Shown here piece after piece: positions 60,527-64,000 of a DNA stretch of 64,000 nucleotides. Position 1 is the stretch's first letter. The number at the start of each line of letters is the position of its first letter. This DNA comes from Rhodobacteraceae bacterium HLUCCA12 (lineage in GTDB: Bacteria > Pseudomonadota > Alphaproteobacteria > Rhodobacterales > Rhodobacteraceae), in assembly GCA_001314715.1 (NCBI GenBank), contig LJSV01000012.1, forward strand, positions 1,760-65,759. The letters are read 5' to 3'. A program made the translations under genes and the position numbers. The notes below the pieces were generated by a model. It had not been told where the DNA came from, did not search any database, and saw nothing but the letters and a program-made list of their open reading frames with translations.

Positions 60527-62173
60527 ATGTCCGGTATTGAACGCGAATCCATGGAATATGACGTCGTGATCGTCGGTGCCGGGCCGGCCGGCCTGTCGGC
60601 GGCGATCCGGTTGAAGCAACTCGATGCCGATCTCAACGTCGTGGTGCTGGAAAAGGGTTCGGAAGTCGGTGCGCATATCCTGTCGGGCGCGGTGCTGGAT
60701 CCCAGCGGGCTGAACCGCCTGATGCCCGACTGGAAGGAAAAGGGCGCGCCGGTCACGGTGCCGGTCAGGCACGACAACTTCTACATGCTGGGCGAGGGGG
60801 GCAAGATCCGGGTGCCCAACTGGCCCATGCCGCCGCTGATGAACAATCACGGCTGTTACATCGTGTCGATGGGCAATGTCTGCCGCTGGCTGGCCGAACA
60901 GGCCGAGGCGCTGGGCGTCGAGATCTTTCCGGGCATGGCGGCCTCGGAACTGGTTTTCGATGGCGACCGGGTCAAGGGGGTCGTGGCGGGCGAGTTCGGC
61001 AAGAACCCCGACGGCAGCATCGGCGACGCCTATGAACCCGGCATGGAGCTGCATGGCAAATATGTCTTTCTGTCCGAGGGTGTGCGCGGCTCGTTGTCCA
61101 AGCAGGTGATGGCCAAATACGGACTGTCGTCGGGCAAATGCCCGCAAAAGTTCGGCCTCGGAATGAAGGAAATCTGGGAGGTTGATCCCGACAGGCATCG
61201 CGAGGGGACGGTCACGCATACCATGGGCTGGCCCTTGGGGTCGAATGCCGGTGGCGGCTCGTTCGTGTATCACCTGGACAACAACCAGGTGCTGGTCGGG
61301 TTCGTCGTGCATCTGAATTACGAGAACCCTCATCTCTATCCATACATGGAATTCCAGAGGTTCAAGCATCATTCGATGATCGCGGACCTGCTGAAGGGCG
61401 GCAAGCGCGTGGCCTATGGTGCACGGGCCATTTCCGAAGGCGGATGGCAATCGATTCCCAAGGTGGTGTTTCCGGGTGGGGCGCTGCTGGGCTGTTCGGC
61501 GGGGTTGGTCAACGTGCCGCGCATCAAGGGCAACCACAATGCCATGCATTCGGGCATCGAGGCCGCCGAGGCCGCGCATGCCGCGTTGCAGGGCGGGCGC
61601 GAAGGCGACGAATTGAGCGCCTATGAAACCGCGCTGCGCGAGGGTGTTGTCGGCAAGGACCTGAAGAAGGTGCGCAACGTCAAGCCGATGTGGTCCAAAT
61701 GGGGGCTTCTGGCCGGGCTGGGTCTGGGCGGTCTGGACATGTGGACGAACACGCTGGGCTTTTCGCTGTTCGGCACGCTTAAACACGGCAAGTCGGATGC
61801 CGAGGCGACGGGAACGGCCGACAGGTTCAAGCCGATTGATTATCCCCGTCCCGATGGCGTGCTGTCGTTCGACAGGCTGACGAATGTGGCGTTCTCCTTC
61901 ACCAACCACGAGGAAAGCCAGCCATGTCACCTGCAACTCAAGGACGCGTCGATCCCGATCCAGGTGAACCTGCCGAAATATGACGAACCCGCGCAACGGT
62001 ATTGCCCGGCGGGCGTCTATGAGGTGGTCCGCGAAGACGGGCAAGAGCCGCGCTTTCAGATCAATTTCCAGAACTGCGTGCATTGCAAGACCTGCGACAT
62101 CAAGGACCCCAGCCAGAACATCAACTGGGTGACGCCGCAGGGTGGCGACGGGCCGAACTACCCGAACATGTAG
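60527..62173 (+). CDS. Electron transfer flavoprotein-ubiquinone oxidoreductase
   Basis: VGAGPAG, EKGSEVGAH, YGARAI, CPAGVYE...CVHCKTC 4Fe-4S motif. Confidence 0.96.
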   Translation: MSGIERESMEYDVVIVGAGPAGLSAAIRLKQLDADLNVVVLEKGSEVGAHILSGAVLDPSGLNRLMPDWKEKGAPVTVPVRHDNFYMLGEGGKIRVPNWPMPPLMNNHGCYIVSMGNVCRWLAEQAEALGVEIFPGMAASELVFDGDRVKGVVAGEFGKNPDGSIGDAYEPGMELHGKYVFLSEGVRGSLSKQVMAKYGLSSGKCPQKFGLGMKEIWEVDPDRHREGTVTHTMGWPLGSNAGGGSFVYHLDNNQVLVGFVVHLNYENPHLYPYMEFQRFKHHSMIADLLKGGKRVAYGARAISEGGWQSIPKVVFPGGALLGCSAGLVNVPRIKGNHNAMHSGIEAAEAAHAALQGGREGDELSAYETALREGVVGKDLKKVRNVKPMWSKWGLLAGLGLGGLDMWTNTLGFSLFGTLKHGKSDAEATGTADRFKPIDYPRPDGVLSFDRLTNVAFSFTNHEESQPCHLQLKDASIPIQVNLPKYDEPAQRYCPAGVYEVVREDGQEPRFQINFQNCVHCKTCDIKDPSQNINWVTPQGGDGPNYPNM

Positions 62174-62318
62174 GCGATCACGCGGTCATGATGTGCACCG
62201 GCGGCAATGGCGGGGCAGGCGCGCATTGCCCTTGCCGCCCTTGCCCGCTACATCTGGGACAAACGCTGGCGCCCCAAGGTTTGGTGGCCGGTCTGTCATT
62301 CAGGTCCAGGAGCAGGTC

Positions 62319-64000
62319 TTGCCCAATGCATTCTTGATCGCGCAAAGGTTGGCCCGTGCGGCGGTTCCGGCGCTGGCCCTGGCGGTGGCCGCGATTCCGG
62401 TCGGCGCACAAACGCAGGACGGTGCCGGCCAGGGCTATGCCGGTGCGTTTCTGGCGGCCCGCGAGGCCGGCGCGCGCAACGACTACGCGGCGGCGGTGCC
62501 GTTTCTGGAACGCATGTTGCAGACCGACCCCGAGAACGCGCAGGTGCTGGAAAGCCTCACCGTCTCGCATCTGGTCCTGGCACAGCACGATCGCGCGGCC
62601 GAGAGGGCAGCGCAACTGATCGAACTGGCGCCCGGCAATCACGCGGCGGCGCTGGCGCTTCTGGCGGATGCCTTTGCCCGCCGCGATTATGACGCGGCGT
62701 TGGAATTGCTGGATTCGGGCGCACAAACCTTGCCGTTGATCGACGGCTTGGGGGTTGCCTGGGCGCATATGGGGCAAGGCCGCATGACCGAGGCGCTGGA
62801 GGCGCTGGAAGAGGTCGCGGCCCAGGATGGCATGATGGCCTTTGCCCAGTATTGCCGGGCACTGGCGCTGGCACTGGTCGGCGACGTCGAAACCGCAGCC
62901 TCGGTGATGGAGGATGAGCGCTTCGATGTCCTTGGTGCGCTGAGCCGGCGCGGCATGATCGCCTATGCCCAGGTTCTGGGGCAGCTGGAACGCTTTGACG
63001 ACGCACTGGAACTGATCGACGATGTTTTCAACGGCGTCGACGATCCCGTGATCCAGGAAATGCGCGAGGCCTATGGCGAAGGGCGCACGTTGCCGTTCAG
63101 TCTGATCTCCGATCCGGCCGAGGGCATGGCCGAGGTCTTTGCCGTGATGGCCTCGGCCATGCAATCGGGCCGCAGCCGCCATGACGCGCTGCTGTATGCG
63201 CGCGGGGCCGAGTGGATCAACCCGGATCTGACCGACGCCACCTTGCTGATCGGCCAGTTGTTCGAGGACATGGAACAGCCCGAACTGGCTGCCGAAACCT
63301 ATGGCCGAATTCCCGAGGACGATGTGTTCGGCATGGCCGCCGCGATGGGGCAGGCGCAGGTTCTGGAAACGCTGGGACAGCTCGACGACGCCATCGCCAT
63401 TCTGGAAGACCTGGTGGAACAGAACCCCGATTCGATCGCCGCCGCACAGGTGCTGGGCGATTTTTTGCGGCGTGACGGCCGCTTTGGTGCCGCGGCCGAG
63501 GCCTATGACCAGGCGCTTGCAAGGATGGACGACCGCGGTGTCGAACCGGACTGGCGGGTCTATTTCTCGCGCGCGGTGTCGCATGAACGCGAGGGTCAGT
63601 GGGACCAGGCCGAGGAGGACTTTCGCGCCGCGCTGGCCATTGATTCCGATCAGCCGACGGTTCTGAACTATCTGGGTTATTCCCTGGTCGAACGGCAGGA
63701 AAAACTCGACGAGGCGCTGGACATGATCGAACGCGCTGTCGAGGGCGAACCCGACAGCGGCTATATCGTCGACAGTCTGGGCTGGGCGCTCTATCGGATG
63801 GGGCGCTATGACGATGCGGTGCCGCATATGGAACGCGCGGTCGAACTGATGCCGACCGATCCGATCCTCAACGATCATCTGGGCGATGTTTACTGGGCGG
63901 TGGGCCGCGAGCGCGAGGCGCGCTTTCAGTGGCGCCGCGCCCTGTCCTATGGCCCGCATGACGACCTGGACATGGACCGGGTTCGGCGCAAGCTTGAGGT
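62319..64000 (+). CDS. Exported TPR-repeat protein (3' end outside window)
   Basis: TTG start 6 nt after AGGAG, signal peptide, open frame to the window end; LNYLGYS, YIVDSLGW, DHLGDVYW. Not in the ORF track. Confidence 0.85.
   Translation, partial: MPNAFLIAQRLARAAVPALALAVAAIPVGAQTQDGAGQGYAGAFLAAREAGARNDYAAAVPFLERMLQTDPENAQVLESLTVSHLVLAQHDRAAERAAQLIELAPGNHAAALALLADAFARRDYDAALELLDSGAQTLPLIDGLGVAWAHMGQGRMTEALEALEEVAAQDGMMAFAQYCRALALALVGDVETAASVMEDERFDVLGALSRRGMIAYAQVLGQLERFDDALELIDDVFNGVDDPVIQEMREAYGEGRTLPFSLISDPAEGMAEVFAVMASAMQSGRSRHDALLYARGAEWINPDLTDATLLIGQLFEDMEQPELAAETYGRIPEDDVFGMAAAMGQAQVLETLGQLDDAIAILEDLVEQNPDSIAAAQVLGDFLRRDGRFGAAAEAYDQALARMDDRGVEPDWRVYFSRAVSHEREGQWDQAEEDFRAALAIDSDQPTVLNYLGYSLVERQEKLDEALDMIERAVEGEPDSGYIVDSLGWALYRMGRYDDAVPHMERAVELMPTDPILNDHLGDVYWAVGREREARFQWRRALSYGPHDDLDMDRVRRKLE

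Noticed and set aside
10729-63959. Long antisense ORFs (e.g. 10729-12291, 17294-19693, 25545-28016, 32947-34635, 53572-55164, 60464-62083, 62178-63959)
   Set aside because: Shadow frames of well-supported genes caused by high GC3; no motifs.

Overview
GC-rich alphaproteobacterial chromosome segment, most likely Rhodobacteraceae (inferred from the porin, ctaH, hemY-COG4223-hemD/tsaD layout and a SorX-like sRNA). About 59 kb is housekeeping backbone: hemY/COG4223/hemD, tsaD-yciI-EVE, ahcY, MFS, tamAB, psd-pssA, 2x tRNA-Asp, the distal dcw cluster (murD to ftsZ-lpxC-bamD-recN), GST, holA-lptE-leuS, porin, yggS, ribA, cenR-like regulator plus sRNA, xth, cnoX, sua5, acyl-CoA dehydrogenase, ctaH, azlCD, greA, ETF-QO and a partial TPR gene. 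The first 4.7 kb is part of a small integrative island (integrase 3' end, AlpA-like protein, AEP primase-VapE fusion, GTAAC/GTTAC repeats, Zn-ribbon membrane cargo, broken XRE gene) abutting the 3' end of tRNA-Thr(CGT), with no virion genes visible. The most unusual structure lies upstream of that tRNA: two extra copies of its 5' half at 135/134-bp periodicity (one perfect, one decayed), separated by homologous but only ~57% identical spacers. This is the mirror image of normal 3'-end att duplications. Other leads: a 4-copy intergenic repeat with covarying hairpins, a candidate structured RNA between int and alpA, a mini-porin gene and two putative permuted papain-like lipoproteins. No database searches were run; family calls rest on motifs read by eye, and start codons were adjusted by hand.
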